Assembly (NCBI GenBank): GCA_965207735.1
Contig: OZ242296.1
Span: forward strand, 2,240,001-2,304,000
DNA: 64,000 nucleotides
Source: Candidatus Versatilivorator sp.
GTDB lineage: Bacteria; Acidobacteriota; Terriglobia; Versatilivoradales; Versatilivoraceae
Direction of reading: 5' to 3'
The notes beneath the pieces were generated by a model. It did not search any database. It saw only the letters and a program-made list of their open reading frames with translations, and had not been told where the DNA came from. Positions 50,901-60,702 of this stretch are shown here, in pieces (positions within the stretch are counted from its first letter, which is position 1; each line of letters begins with the position of its first letter). The position numbers were made by a program, and so were the translations under genes.

Positions 50901-52043
50901 CCGAGCCAGGATCGCGGGGCCGCCCTCGCCACTGAAATCGTTGCCGGTGCCCGCAAACGTGGTGATGGTTCCCGCCGTATCCACCCGACGGATCCGATGA
51001 TTGAAGCGATCTGCAATGTAAACATTGCCCGCAGCATCCACCGCCACGCATTCTGGAAGGAACAACTGAGCCTCAAGCGCCGGGCCGCCATCCCCACTAA
51101 AGCCCACGCGTCCCCCGGTGCCCGCCACGGTAGTAATGGTCCCTGAGGCATCCACCCGTCGGATCCGGTTGCCCTCCCGATCGGTGATGTAGATATTGCC
51201 TGCGTCGTCGACCGCAACGTCTTGGGCGTCGCGGAACGTCGCCATCGTTGCCGGCCCGCCGTCGCCGCCTGAGCCCCGTTCCCCGGTGCCCGCAATGGTT
51301 GTGATGGTGCCGGTGGCGGCATCCACCCGCCGCACCCGGCGGCCATATTCCGAGGGAATGTAAAGGTTGCCCGCGCTGTCTACCGCCACGTCAGCGGGGA
51401 CAAACAACTGTGCCTCGACTGCCGGGCCGCCGTCTCCGCTGTAGCCCCTTACCCCGGTGCCAGCCACGGTTGTGATGGTGCCCGAGGAATCCACCCGGCG
51501 GACCCGGAAGTTTTCGATATCGCCAATAAAGAGACTACCGGCAGAGTCTACGGCCACGCTAGCGGGACGGTTCAACCACGCCTCGACCGCCGGGCCGCCA
51601 TCTCCGGCGTAACCCTGCACCCCGGTGCCCGCCACGGTTGTGATGATCCCTGTGGCGGCATCCACCCGGCGGACCCGGTGGTTTCCGGGCTCAGCGATAT
51701 AGAGGTTGCCTGCACCGTCCACCGCCACGTCCGTGATATAGCCGAACCCCGCCTCGACCGCCAAGCCCCCGTCCCCGCTGTAGCCTCGTTCCCCGGTGCC
51801 CGCCACGGTTGTGATGATCCCTGTGCCGGCATCCACCCGGCGGACCCGGTAGTTCACACTGTCAGCGATATAGAGATTGCCCGCACCGTCCACCGCCACG
51901 CTGACGGGTTGTTGCAACCGCGACGATGTCGCCGGGCCGTTGTCTCCAATATTGTCCTTGCCCCCAACGATCGTGTCCATCCTCCAGCCGGAACCGGAAA
52001 CGGAACCGGCGGAGGTTGTAGCCGCGGCCTCATTGGAGTACGC
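47949..52043 (-). CDS. C-terminal part of a giant surface protein: ~12 NHL (teneurin-like) repeats, FN3, IPT/TIG and C-terminal beta domains
   Basis: Repeated VAVD..GNLYIAD..NHRIRRVD..G.ITTVAGTG..GYSGDGG; the frame continues upstream of 51980 as YSNEAAATTSAGSVSGSGWR. Confidence 0.9.
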   Translation of the reverse strand, partial: AYSNEAAATTSAGSVSGSGWRMDTIVGGKDNIGDNGPATSSRLQQPVSVAVDGAGNLYIADSVNYRVRRVDAGTGIITTVAGTGERGYSGDGGLAVEAGFGYITDVAVDGAGNLYIAEPGNHRVRRVDAATGIITTVAGTGVQGYAGDGGPAVEAWLNRPASVAVDSAGSLFIGDIENFRVRRVDSSGTITTVAGTGVRGYSGDGGPAVEAQLFVPADVAVDSAGNLYIPSEYGRRVRRVDAATGTITTIAGTGERGSGGDGGPATMATFRDAQDVAVDDAGNIYITDREGNRIRRVDASGTITTVAGTGGRVGFSGDGGPALEAQLFLPECVAVDAAGNVYIADRFNHRIRRVDTAGTITTFAGTGNDFSGEGGPAILARLNHPHGVAVDDSGNLYIADTWNHQIHRVDASGIVATVAGTGEFGYSGDGGPAVAAQLIRPADVSVDGKGNIYIADTRNHVVRRVDASGIITTVAGTGEYGYSGDGGPGVEAQLDTPRGVEVDSAGNVYISDRQNHRIRRVDASGTITTVVGTGEIGYSGDGGPALAAQLGQAEKLAFDSRGNLYIADTFNHRIRRVDPMGTITTVAGQGEGNFSGDGGPALAAQLNSPSDVFVDDLGAMYIADRGNHRIRLVDSSGNIVTIAGLRQDVYFSGGFNRESGPALGMRLHTPHALSVDRSGNVYIADTGNHRIRVLTRPPQPPTGLRARVVSFSGIDLVWQDNSTNEIGFRVQRRVEGSTDWVEIKTTLVNISRYSDTGLEAGTTYHYRVRAVNNTGASGFSNEASATTQALLPPTLARFSPSMGSVGTRVTLTGTLFLGATEVLFNGVSAPEFEVVSGTSIEAVVPPGATSGPISVTTPGGMVVSAEHFTVTGTGIGSRLFVPIVLRSQGRTPGSFFTSELTVTNRGSTTAEIHYTYRAAFGGGSGMAVDSLGPGRQRIIPDAIAYLVSLGVPIGEGAAGGTLVVKFSNLSSASAAAVTVRTSTPVEEGRGQAGLAYVGVTSEGLLTGTSVIAGLRQNRADRSNVAIQNAGETSDGAITMRVTVYSGDREAPGSLVLPDLRLPPGGFHQYNGVLKEAGYNNGYVKVERVGGAAPYYAYGVINDNFNSDGSFVFPVAADSLRGRREQTLPVIVKVRGFTSELMVTNFSTVPKQVELRFVVEAVESGDDTPGFSLRLEAGEQRILPDIVDHLRRQGVAGIGPAGRAFAGAVFAGVSEGDMSGIVIGARTGSPGGGGQYGVFYNAVPEGSAWTDSAWIYGLQQNATNRSNLALVNTGEVDDDDSVFDLDIYDGETGEMVKAVTTGAIPAGGWHQINGILGTHARGTRQGYVHVRRLPGSNPFLAYGVVNDGGAPGERSGDGAYVPAQE

Positions 52044-53578
52044 GAAGACTCCGTGTTGTTGAGAGCCCGAATGCGGTAAATGTAGGTGGTGTCCGGAAAC
52101 AACTCGTCATTTGAAAAGGTGGTTGTGTTGGCGGCGGTCCTTCCGAGTTCAACCCAATGACCTGAACCATCTACCCGACGCTGAACGATGAAACCGGTCT
52201 CATTGGTGCTGTTGTCCTGCCAAGTCAGATTAATCTGGGACGCGGAAGCTGCCACGGCCGAAAGACCGGTAGGCGGCTGGAGCGTGATGGGTTGAGTGGT
52301 CAGACAACTATTGTGGTTTAAAACGTGGTCTGCAATTTGTTCCCGGGAGAACTGACAAAAGGTCAACCCCACGCCATCCCCGATGGACTGCATGAGGGTA
52401 TTGGAACATCCTGCGACTGGGGGGTTTACCTGATCGGGATGAACGGCACCGAAGTTGTGTCCGATTTCATGGGCTGGGGTAGAGAATTTTCTCAGTAGAG
52501 CAAAAGTGTCGCGCGGAAGCGCCGACAGGACATAACTACTATTTCTTTGGTAGCAGGCTACCGCAATATGAGCCAGGCCAACAATAGACGAATCCTCCCG
52601 CTCCTTGTCGGTCCAGAGATGGGCAATGTCGTAGTCCTTCGTGGCCGCGTAGTGGGTGTTCCAATAGTCGGCGAACTGATCCAACAGACCTGAAGCTGTT
52701 GTAGCAGTGTAGGGATAGGACTCATCCTGGGTGGCCCAGGCGTGCTGGAAACCGATCCGAAGCTGCAACAACAGTTCGCTCTGATAAATCCCTTCCACCT
52801 GGTTCATGATGCCCAGAATTTCACGGATGGCGGCCTCGGAGCCTCCCAGGGCCTGCACGTACTCGTAGTCGGCTTCCGTGGCCACCTCAAACACGTAATT
52901 GGTGGGGGTAACTGTCTCCACTTGAGCCGCCACCCGATTCGCGCCCTGCTGCAGACGCTCAGCCAACGACACGCCGCACCTGAAGGCCTGACCGGGTTTG
53001 AGGTCCGATTGCCTGTAGACCACCAGTTCCCCGGCCGGGGCGCTGGGAAGATAATTGCGCAAGGGCTCGAGGAAGTACCAGTCGTCAGGGGCGAACACGA
53101 CACCTTCAATCCCATTGTCCGTGAGGTTGAATCGGCCCCGCATGTCTTCCCGACCCGAAAGTGTTCCCTTGAACGTTTTGACGGTTTCCCGGGGGAGCGT
53201 TCGGATTTCCCCTTCGGGTCCCGTCTCCACTGCCCGGTAGTCGGGGGTCCGCATGTCGTGAGGCTCGATTCTGAAATAGAAATCGGCCTGGTCGAAGCGA
53301 AAGCGCAGTTCTCCGGTCGTTCGGAGCTGTCGTTCAATTTCATCGGGTTCGAAGCGGATCACTTCATAGCTCGACAGAACCGGCTGCAGCGCATTGGAGA
53401 CCTCGGTCGTCCGGGTCAGGACTCGATGGGGGCTCAAACAAATTCCAATGCCCACCAAGATCATCATGGAAAAACACAAGGAAGTACTCTTGGCACAATT
53501 CATCATTAGCTGGCTCTCTCGCCCCGCTTCGAATTCACTGTTCTTGGACATGAACGGATTGGGGAAATTCCGTATCAC
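52044..53578 (-). CDS. N-terminal part of the same gene: M12 reprolysin-like zinc metalloprotease plus FN3, joined by a 1-nt frameshift (real start probably ~53506)
   Basis: Signal-like N-terminus, FRCGV cysteine switch, HEIGHNFGAVH, Met-turn TLMQ, FN3 WQDNSTNETGF. Confidence 0.85.
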
Positions 53579-53678
53579 TTCGTCTGACGAAAGGTCAACA
53601 CTGATTCTGCCTCCTGCTGGAGGAAAGGGGGGTTTTGGACAGCGACCGGACGTTGATCCGAAGTGGCGCCCTCCCCCC

Positions 53679-55106
53679 TCAGCCGCCCAGCCAGCGGAAG
53701 GCCTGCGCCACGCAGAAGCAGACCAGAAGGCCCATTGCGATGGGGAGGAGCGCCGAGATCGCCGTCCACTTGACGCTGCGGGTTTCCTTCCAGATGGTGT
53801 ATAGGGTGGTGGAGCAGGGGTTGTGTAGCAGGCTGAACAGCATCAGGTTGATTCCGGTCAGCAGCGTCCAGCCGTCGGCCTCCAGCACCCCCAGGGTGGC
53901 CGAAGCGGAATCGAACTCGAACATGACGCCGGCGCCCTCCCCCACGCCCGTGAGACCGACGCTCAGAACGGTCAGCATCAGCACGGTGGGGATGACGATC
54001 TCGTTGGCGGGGATGGCGATGATATAGGCCAGCAGGATGACGCCGTTGAGTCCGATGAGCAATCCGAATGGGTTCATTCCCTGGATCAGGTGCTCAGCCA
54101 GGCTGCCGCCGCCGAAGTGAATGTTGGAGACCAGCCAGATGGCGGCGCCCGCCGGAACGGAAAACACCACCGCCCGCCAGAGCACGATCAGGGTGCGGTC
54201 GATGAGGGAGGTGTAGATGGTCTGGAGGATGCGGGGAGGGCGGTAGGGGGGCAGCTCCAGGCTGAAGGCCGAGGCCTCTCCCTTGAGCAGGGTGCGGGAC
54301 AGCCCCCAGGATACCAGGAAGGTGCACCCCACTCCCAGCAGGACCACCGCCATCACGGCTCCCGCCGACACCAGCCCGGCCAGGGCCGGATGGGCCAGGC
54401 TGCCGATGAAGATGGTGGCGATCAGGATCTGGGTGGGCCAGCGGCCGTTGCAGAGGGAGAAGTTGTTGGTCAGGGTGGCGATCAGCCGCTCCCGCGGACT
54501 GTCGATCACCCGGGTAGCCACCACGCCGGCCGCATTGCATCCGTAGCCCATGGCCATGGTAAGGGCCTGCTTGCCGTGGGCTCCGGCCTTCTTGAACCAG
54601 CGGTCCAGGTTGAAGGCCACCCGGGGCAGATAGCCGAAGTCCTCCAACAGGGTGAAGAGGGGGAAGAAGATGGCCATGGGGGGCAGCATCACGCTCACCA
54701 CCCAGGCCATGGCCAGGAACATGCCGTCGATGAGCAACCCGTCGAGCCACCAGGCAAGACCGGCCGCGCCCGCCGCCTGCTTCAAGAGGGGATGGAGGGT
54801 TTCCAGAAAGAGAGAAGACAGGAGCTTGGAGGGGACGTTGGCCCCGGTGATGGTTACCCACAACACCACCGCCATCAGCAGCATCATGATGGGGAAGCCC
54901 AGCCAGCGGCTGGTGACCAACCGGTCGATGGTGCGGTCCAGATCGAAGGCCGGCCGGGCTTCGTCCCGACTCAGGACCCGATCCGAGATCCGGGCGGCAT
55001 CGGTATAGAGCGCCTCCATCAGCGAGTCGTGGAGGTCGGGCCCCACCTCCCAGCGCAGATTGGCCGCCGCCGACAGCACTTCCTCCCGGGGGTTGGCACG
55101 GTTCAT
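53679..55106 (-). CDS. feoB: FeoB membrane (Gate/nucleoside-recognition) half
   Basis: [38 protein letters not shown]. Confidence 0.9.
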   Translation of the reverse strand: MNRANPREEVLSAAANLRWEVGPDLHDSLMEALYTDAARISDRVLSRDEARPAFDLDRTIDRLVTSRWLGFPIMMLLMAVVLWVTITGANVPSKLLSSLFLETLHPLLKQAAGAAGLAWWLDGLLIDGMFLAMAWVVSVMLPPMAIFFPLFTLLEDFGYLPRVAFNLDRWFKKAGAHGKQALTMAMGYGCNAAGVVATRVIDSPRERLIATLTNNFSLCNGRWPTQILIATIFIGSLAHPALAGLVSAGAVMAVVLLGVGCTFLVSWGLSRTLLKGEASAFSLELPPYRPPRILQTIYTSLIDRTLIVLWRAVVFSVPAGAAIWLVSNIHFGGGSLAEHLIQGMNPFGLLIGLNGVILLAYIIAIPANEIVIPTVLMLTVLSVGLTGVGEGAGVMFEFDSASATLGVLEADGWTLLTGINLMLFSLLHNPCSTTLYTIWKETRSVKWTAISALLPIAMGLLVCFCVAQAFRWLGG

Positions 55107-55927
55107 CCCGCCCTCCCCGCCGGCGCCGCCGCTCCGATCCCTCCCGGGCTCCTCGCCAATCCGGCCAGCTCCCCCGACCGCACGGCCTCTTCGATCCTGG
55201 CGTCTCCCTCCAGCAGGCGCAGGGCCACCCAGCGGGCATTGGGAAGTTCGGGAAAAGCCGCCCTCAGCTTTTCCACCAGCAGGCTGACGGCGCGCTTGAG
55301 CGCCGGGGGCTCGCTCTGAATGCGATGAGGCTTGCAGACGAAACTGCCGGTGGCGACCTGGTGGATCATGTCGATCACCTGGGGGACGCCCCGCCCCTGG
55401 CGGGCCGCGGCGGGCACCACCGGGACGCCCAGCTCCCGCGCCAGGGATCGTTCGTCGACGGTCATACGATGCCGTTCGGCTTCATCCATGAGGTTGAGGC
55501 AGACCACCGCCCGCCCGGTGATTTCCAGCACCTGGCAGACCAGGTTGAGGTTGCGCTCCAGCCGGGTGGCGTCCACCACGATCACGGTCACGTCGGGCTG
55601 GCCGAACAGGATGAAGTCGCGCGCGATCTCCTCGTCGGTGCTGGTGGACAGCAGCGAGTAGGTGCCCGGCAGGTCGACCAGCTTGTAGTTGCTGCCCTGG
55701 TAGGCGAAGCCGCCCTCGGCCCGGGTCACGGTCTTGCCCGGCCAGTTGCCGGTATGCTGGCGAAGGCCGGTGAGGCTGTTGAACAGGGTGCTCTTGCCGG
55801 TGTTGGGGTTGCCGGCCAGGGCCACCACGAAGTCGTAGCGGTCCATGTTCACCCCCAGCCGCTTCAGATTGGCCGGATGGTGGGCGGGACAGACCTCGCA
55901 GGCACTCGGAGGATGAGTCGGTTGCAT
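55103..55927 (-). CDS. feoB: FeoB N-terminal GTPase half
   Basis: [28 protein letters not shown]; ATGA overlap with the membrane half. Confidence 0.92.
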   Translation of the reverse strand: MQPTHPPSACEVCPAHHPANLKRLGVNMDRYDFVVALAGNPNTGKSTLFNSLTGLRQHTGNWPGKTVTRAEGGFAYQGSNYKLVDLPGTYSLLSTSTDEEIARDFILFGQPDVTVIVVDATRLERNLNLVCQVLEITGRAVVCLNLMDEAERHRMTVDERSLARELGVPVVPAAARQGRGVPQVIDMIHQVATGSFVCKPHRIQSEPPALKRAVSLLVEKLRAAFPELPNARWVALRLLEGDARIEEAVRSGELAGLARSPGGIGAAAPAGRAG

Positions 55928-56952
55928 CAGGCCACCTGCCTTTTGGAGCTGATCCGGATATTGGCCGATTGCTCCCCGCGCAGCGCGATCAGCGCTCCCC
56001 GAATCCGGAAAGCCGTCGGATCTCCGACCGGGCTCCTCATCTCGGCGGCCACCACCGTTCCGGGAAGGAGGCCCAGGTCCATGAGGCGGCGCCTTTCCAG
56101 GCCCCGGCAGTTGGGAGTCAGCCCGACCACGGTGGCTTCCTCTCCGGGCTTGAGGACCGCCAGGGTTTCCAGGGACTCCTCAACCGGCTGCTCCCGCGGC
56201 AGAGGGACCACCGAGACGTTGGCCGCCACGATGGGCGCCAGCACGTGCTCCTCGCCTTCGGCCCAGAAGCAGATGCGCTCGGCCGAGACGTGGGTCAACT
56301 GGACCGCCATCAGGGGATGGAGCCCCTCGGCCACCAACTGGGCATAGACGGCCTCGGGCTCGTCCTCCAGGTGGGCGATCCGGGCCCGCTCCCCCACCGC
56401 CAGGCTGGTGAGCGGTTGTCCCCGGCGCGGCGGGAGCTGTCCCTGGCGGGTGGGAATGGGGTCGCCGTGGGGATCGAAGGGCGGGTTGCCCATGCGAGCC
56501 GCCAGCGCGTTGGCTTCGCTGGAGGAGAGGCGATGCTCCTGCTGCTCGGCGCGCTTGTGCCAATCCGACTCCTTCAGCCCTGTTTCCTCCGAGAGGTAGC
56601 GCTCCCAGAGACGATGGGCCCGGATGACGCGCAGGGCGTACTCCCTTCCCTTGGGGGTCAATCGGAGCGAGGCGCCTTCGGAAGTGACCAGCTCGCCGGC
56701 CTCGATGCGCTGAACCAGCCCGGCCACCTTCTCCACGGGTGTGCCCAGAGCGCCCGAAAGGCTCTGTACCGTGGCTACCCGCTGCTCGTACTCGCAATGG
56801 TAGAGGTGCTTGAGGGCATCCTCCGACAGCACCCGTTCCGACAGGCGCAGCAGGCTGCGCCAGCGCTCCATCCAGCCGCGGCCGGGGCGAAACAGGAGAT
56901 AGGTCGCCAGGGTGGCCAGAGCCACCAGGATGAGACCGGTCACCTCGCTCAT
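55927..56952 (-). CDS. Membrane-anchored DtxR-like protein with two FeoA domains
   Basis: N-terminal TM; [32 protein letters not shown]; Feo[10 protein letters not shown]...[16 protein letters not shown]. Confidence 0.85.
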   Translation of the reverse strand: MSEVTGLILVALATLATYLLFRPGRGWMERWRSLLRLSERVLSEDALKHLYHCEYEQRVATVQSLSGALGTPVEKVAGLVQRIEAGELVTSEGASLRLTPKGREYALRVIRAHRLWERYLSEETGLKESDWHKRAEQQEHRLSSSEANALAARMGNPPFDPHGDPIPTRQGQLPPRRGQPLTSLAVGERARIAHLEDEPEAVYAQLVAEGLHPLMAVQLTHVSAERICFWAEGEEHVLAPIVAANVSVVPLPREQPVEESLETLAVLKPGEEATVVGLTPNCRGLERRRLMDLGLLPGTVVAAEMRSPVGDPTAFRIRGALIALRGEQSANIRISSKRQVA

Positions 56953-57003
56953 GGGAACCTCTTGCGTGCCCGGACAAAGGAGTCACGGGCGGCCCAACGC
57001 GGC

Positions 57004-57777
57004 TCACGCCTCCTCATTCCCCGTGACCCGGCCGGAGCGGTCACCGGCCTGCCGGGCTGCAGCGCCCTCCGGGAGGGGTGCGGGCGGGCGCTGCTTCAGG
57101 GGCACCACGAAGATGCTCCCGGAAGCCTCGAGGCCCAGGTAGACCGGCTCCCGGCCAGCCTCGGGAAGCAGCTTCAAAGGCCCTTGAAACGGGGCTTTCT
57201 CCTGCAGAGAGAAGCGGATGGCCGGGCGCAGCCCCACCTTGTCCAGGTAGGCCAGGAACTCGGCGTCGCTGTTGGTGACCTTGCGGATGATGTAGCTCCC
57301 CGGTTCGGCCTCGGCCAGACAGAGGTCGTCCTCCACCTGCCGAAACCCGCGGGCATCGGGGATGGCCTCTCCGTGGGGGTCCTGGGCGGGATAGTCCAGT
57401 AGGGCGTCGATCCGGGATATGAACAGGTCGGAGACGGCGTGCTCCAGCCGTTCGGCCTCCTGGTGAACCTGCTCCCAACCGTAGCCCAGGACCTGGTGGA
57501 GGAACATCTCCAGCAGGCGGTGGCGGCGCAGCATTCGCACGGCCATCTGACGCCCCTTCCGCGTCAGGGTCGCCCCGTAGTAGGGCTTGTATTCCAGCAG
57601 CCCGGCCTTCTTCAACTTCCTCAGCATGTCGGTGACGGTGGCGTCAGCCACGTCCAGGTGACGCGCCACTCGGGAGGTGCTGGCCCTCTGCTTCATATCC
57701 TCGATCTTGAGGACGACCTTCAGATAGTCCTCCACCGTGCTAGAGACCGTTGTCTTGCGCTGCGATTCAGCCGCCAC
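57004..57777 (-). CDS. DtxR/MntR-family metal-dependent repressor
   Basis: VEDYLK, ATVTDMLRKL, RRHRLLEMFL, VHQEAERLEH, DPHGEAIP. Confidence 0.92.
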   Translation of the reverse strand: MAAESQRKTTVSSTVEDYLKVVLKIEDMKQRASTSRVARHLDVADATVTDMLRKLKKAGLLEYKPYYGATLTRKGRQMAVRMLRRHRLLEMFLHQVLGYGWEQVHQEAERLEHAVSDLFISRIDALLDYPAQDPHGEAIPDARGFRQVEDDLCLAEAEPGSYIIRKVTNSDAEFLAYLDKVGLRPAIRFSLQEKAPFQGPLKLLPEAGREPVYLGLEASGSIFVVPLKQRPPAPLPEGAAARQAGDRSGRVTGNEEA

Positions 57778-57805
57778 CGGAGTGCCTTTCGGTTACCTTC
57801 GACTC

Positions 57806-57903
57806 AATTTAGAGTAGCCGAAAAAGACACCCTCCGCAAGACTCCAATGTGTTCTCTACAGGTTAGCAAGAGCTCTATGGAAATTTATTAGACTCATCTA
57901 AAA
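57806..57903. promoter_or_regulatory. Two candidate MntR/DtxR-type operators (TTAG-N6-CTAA)
   Basis: TTAG-agtagc-CGAA at 57809-57822 and TTAG-actcat-CTAA at 57888-57901, in AT-rich DNA upstream of the repressor gene. Confidence 0.55.
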
Positions 57904-58154
57904 ATGGGAAGAGGGGGGAGCACTGACCCGGCAGGGAATGAATTTGAAAAGGGGGGTGGAGACTCGGTCGACCCGCTCGGCTTATCGGCCGACAAGATTG
58001 GGCCCGACCTTTCTTCTTCGGCGCTCCGAGCGGCTGCTATATTTCCCGTCTACGACAGGCTCGCACTTTCAGGAGTTCACCTGTGGGCTGTCCTTCAGTT
58101 GTCTGACAAACAGAGCCGCCGCCTGGAAACCACAGCCGGTCAGGCATAGCGCCA

Positions 58155-59096
58155 TTGGGGGTATTGATGGGGATCCAGACCCGCTCAAACACCGGTAGCG
58201 GGATTCGGGCGGTGCTGCTGATCGCCTTTGTCGCATTGGTTTCGGCCCGAACCGGGCTTGCCGACGACCCGGAGGTAAAAAGGGAATTGCGCAAGCATTT
58301 TGGGCACGAACTGGATCCTGAACAGGTCCGCCGAGACGCCCGGGCGGGGGACGCTTCCGCTCAGTTCGCCCTTGGCGTCATGTATGACCTGGGCCGAGAG
58401 GTTACAAAGGATGACCTGCAGGCCGCAGAATGGTACCGCAAGGCAGCGGAAAGTGGGGTAGTACGGGCTCAGGCAGCCCTAGGTGTCATGTTCTTCAATG
58501 GTTGGGGCGTCACACGGGATTACGTGACGGCCTACGCCTGGACCGATCTGGCGGAGACGAGGGGACGGGAGACAACAATCAGTCACCCGAACCGGCCGGA
58601 CGAGAAAAAAGTCGTCAGGCTCAAAAAGTGGCTCAGAAAGCAAATGAACTCCGAGCAAAGGGCCGACGCGCGAAGACTGGCTGCAGAACTCCAGGAGCGC
58701 ATCAAGCCCACTCCACCGATTCTGGGAAAACACCATTACTTGCCCAAGCACATCCAGGTTCATCTCCGTGACGAGGTCACAAACCTACCGACTCCACGCA
58801 AGCAAGTCGGGCCTCGCTACACAAAAAAGGCGCGTAACGCCGGAATTCAGGGAACCGTCCTGCTTCTGGCCATTGTCCGAATGGATGGAACCCTTGAGGT
58901 CGTCAAGGTCTTGCGCGGGCTAGGTCTGGGATTGGATGAAAATTCCGTCAAGGCTCTCAAGAAATGGCGGTTTCATCCTGGAACGAGGGAAGGAATACCC
59001 GTCGATGTGGGCTTGAAGATCGAAGTGAGTTTCAGTCTCGGGGGTCGCACAAAGGATTACCTGACCAGTTATGAAGATATTTTGAAGGGGAAGTAG
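58155..59096 (+). CDS. Sel1-repeat protein fused to a TonB C-terminal domain
   Basis: GDASAQFALGVMY...AAEWYRKAAESG; PRYTKKARNAGIQGTV...GLDENSVKALKKWRFHP. Confidence 0.85.
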   Translation: MGVLMGIQTRSNTGSGIRAVLLIAFVALVSARTGLADDPEVKRELRKHFGHELDPEQVRRDARAGDASAQFALGVMYDLGREVTKDDLQAAEWYRKAAESGVVRAQAALGVMFFNGWGVTRDYVTAYAWTDLAETRGRETTISHPNRPDEKKVVRLKKWLRKQMNSEQRADARRLAAELQERIKPTPPILGKHHYLPKHIQVHLRDEVTNLPTPRKQVGPRYTKKARNAGIQGTVLLLAIVRMDGTLEVVKVLRGLGLGLDENSVKALKKWRFHPGTREGIPVDVGLKIEVSFSLGGRTKDYLTSYEDILKGK

Positions 59097-59442
59097 TGGT
59101 GCCTGACCGGGGGATGGTGAGCCACATGCCATCTATCCCCCCTTGAGGCGGAATCGGCAAGACCAGCGTAAAGCCTGCGGTCGAGCCGGTGAGAGGGGAA
59201 CTGCCGGTCCCGCGAATGAATTGCAGCTCCACGGGCAGCCCCAGGCAAGCGGCAGCAATCATTGCTGGCGTTCAGTTCAGGAGGGTAGGCTTTCTTGGGT
59301 TGATCCCTTGCTTTCGACTTGTTCGCTGTCTGAGGGAGCTATGAGAATTGTACCACTACCGAGCCCACGGATGATGGCGTGCTAGCATAGAAAGCAGGGG
59401 TGTACGAACGCCTCTTCATACCGAAAGACAAGGATTCTTCCA

Positions 59443-59892
59443 ATGTCCCAACATCATGTCGAGCTGCAGTGGCAGCGTGAATCCGCGGATTTTACCTATC
59501 AGAGCTACAACCGGGACCACCGGTGGGTTTTCGATGGAGGGGCCGAGGTGCCGGCTTCGGCCTCCCCGGGCTTTCTGGGAAATCCCGCCTGCGTGGACCC
59601 GGAGGAGGCCCTCGTCGCCGCCCTCTCCAGTTGCCACCTGTTGACCTTCCTGGCCATCGCGGCCAAGCGGCGCTTCGTGGTGGATGCCTACAGCGACCGG
59701 CCGGTCGGCCACCTGGAACGGGACGGGGAGGGCCGTTTCGCCCTGACCCGGGTCAGCCTGAGACCCCAAATCGTTTTCGGCGGGGAGCAGGCGCCTTCGC
59801 CCGAGCAGCTCCGGCAGATGCACGAAATGGCCCACCGCCAGTGCTTCATCGCCAATTCGGTGAAGACGCGGGTTACGGTCGAGACTGACTAG
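59443..59892 (+). CDS. OsmC family protein
   Basis: DPEEALVAALSSCHLLTFL ... AHRQCFIANSV. Confidence 0.93.
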   Translation: MSQHHVELQWQRESADFTYQSYNRDHRWVFDGGAEVPASASPGFLGNPACVDPEEALVAALSSCHLLTFLAIAAKRRFVVDAYSDRPVGHLERDGEGRFALTRVSLRPQIVFGGEQAPSPEQLRQMHEMAHRQCFIANSVKTRVTVETD

Positions 59893-59926
59893 CGGCGGGG
59901 CTCACCAGATCGCGGATCAAGAGGAT

Positions 59927-60660
59927 TGCTGCCGCCGCCTACGCGGCTCAACACCATCACCAACCTGATCCATGGGTTGACGCCCGCGGCTACCTGCTGC
60001 CGCGGCTTCGCCGCTCGAAAAGGAAGCCGGCACGAGCGGCGTTTTCTCGGGTGCGAACCATCAATCCCGGCCACACCGCACCACTCGAACCCCTGGGCCA
60101 TTATCCAAAAAAAGCACGTTTCCGCTTGCAGTGTCGTGACTTACGGGAGCGCTGCGAAGCTGCGGTTGGCGTGGCTAACCGAGGCAAATAGGGGACGTTG
60201 TTGAATTACTGGAATAACTTCGATCACCAACCTGATCCATGGGCTGACGCCCACGGCTACCTGCTGCCGCGGCTTCGCCGTTTGAAAAGGAAGCCGGCAC
60301 GAGCGGCGTTTTCTCGGGTGCGAACCATCAATCCCGGGCTCACCGTTCCACTCGAACCCCTGAGCCATTATCCAAGAAAAAGCACGTTTCCGCTTGCAGT
60401 GTCGTGGGTTTGGGGGAGCTGCGAAGCTGCGGTTGGAGCCGGTAACCCAGCGAGACGTCCCCTACGAGCCATCCTTATAGAGCTGCGGAGCAGCGGCCTC
60501 GTGTAGCCCCGGGCGGCAGCCCGGGATCGTATCCATTTTGCGCGAACCCAGCCGCGAATGCGGCGAATAGGAAGCACCCGTTCCGGAACGCATTGCCTCT
60601 CCAAAGAAACGCCGCCCCACGCCACAATCACCTGCTGCCGCCGCTTCGCGGCTCCACTGG
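59927..60660. repeat. Two 267-bp-period units with family A palindromes, plus further REP hairpins
   Basis: atcaccaacctgatccatggg starts at 59956 and 60223. Confidence 0.85.
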
Positions 60661-60702
60661 AACCCCGCGCCGGCGCGCGGGGGCCGAGGGTGCGCACAGG
60701 CC

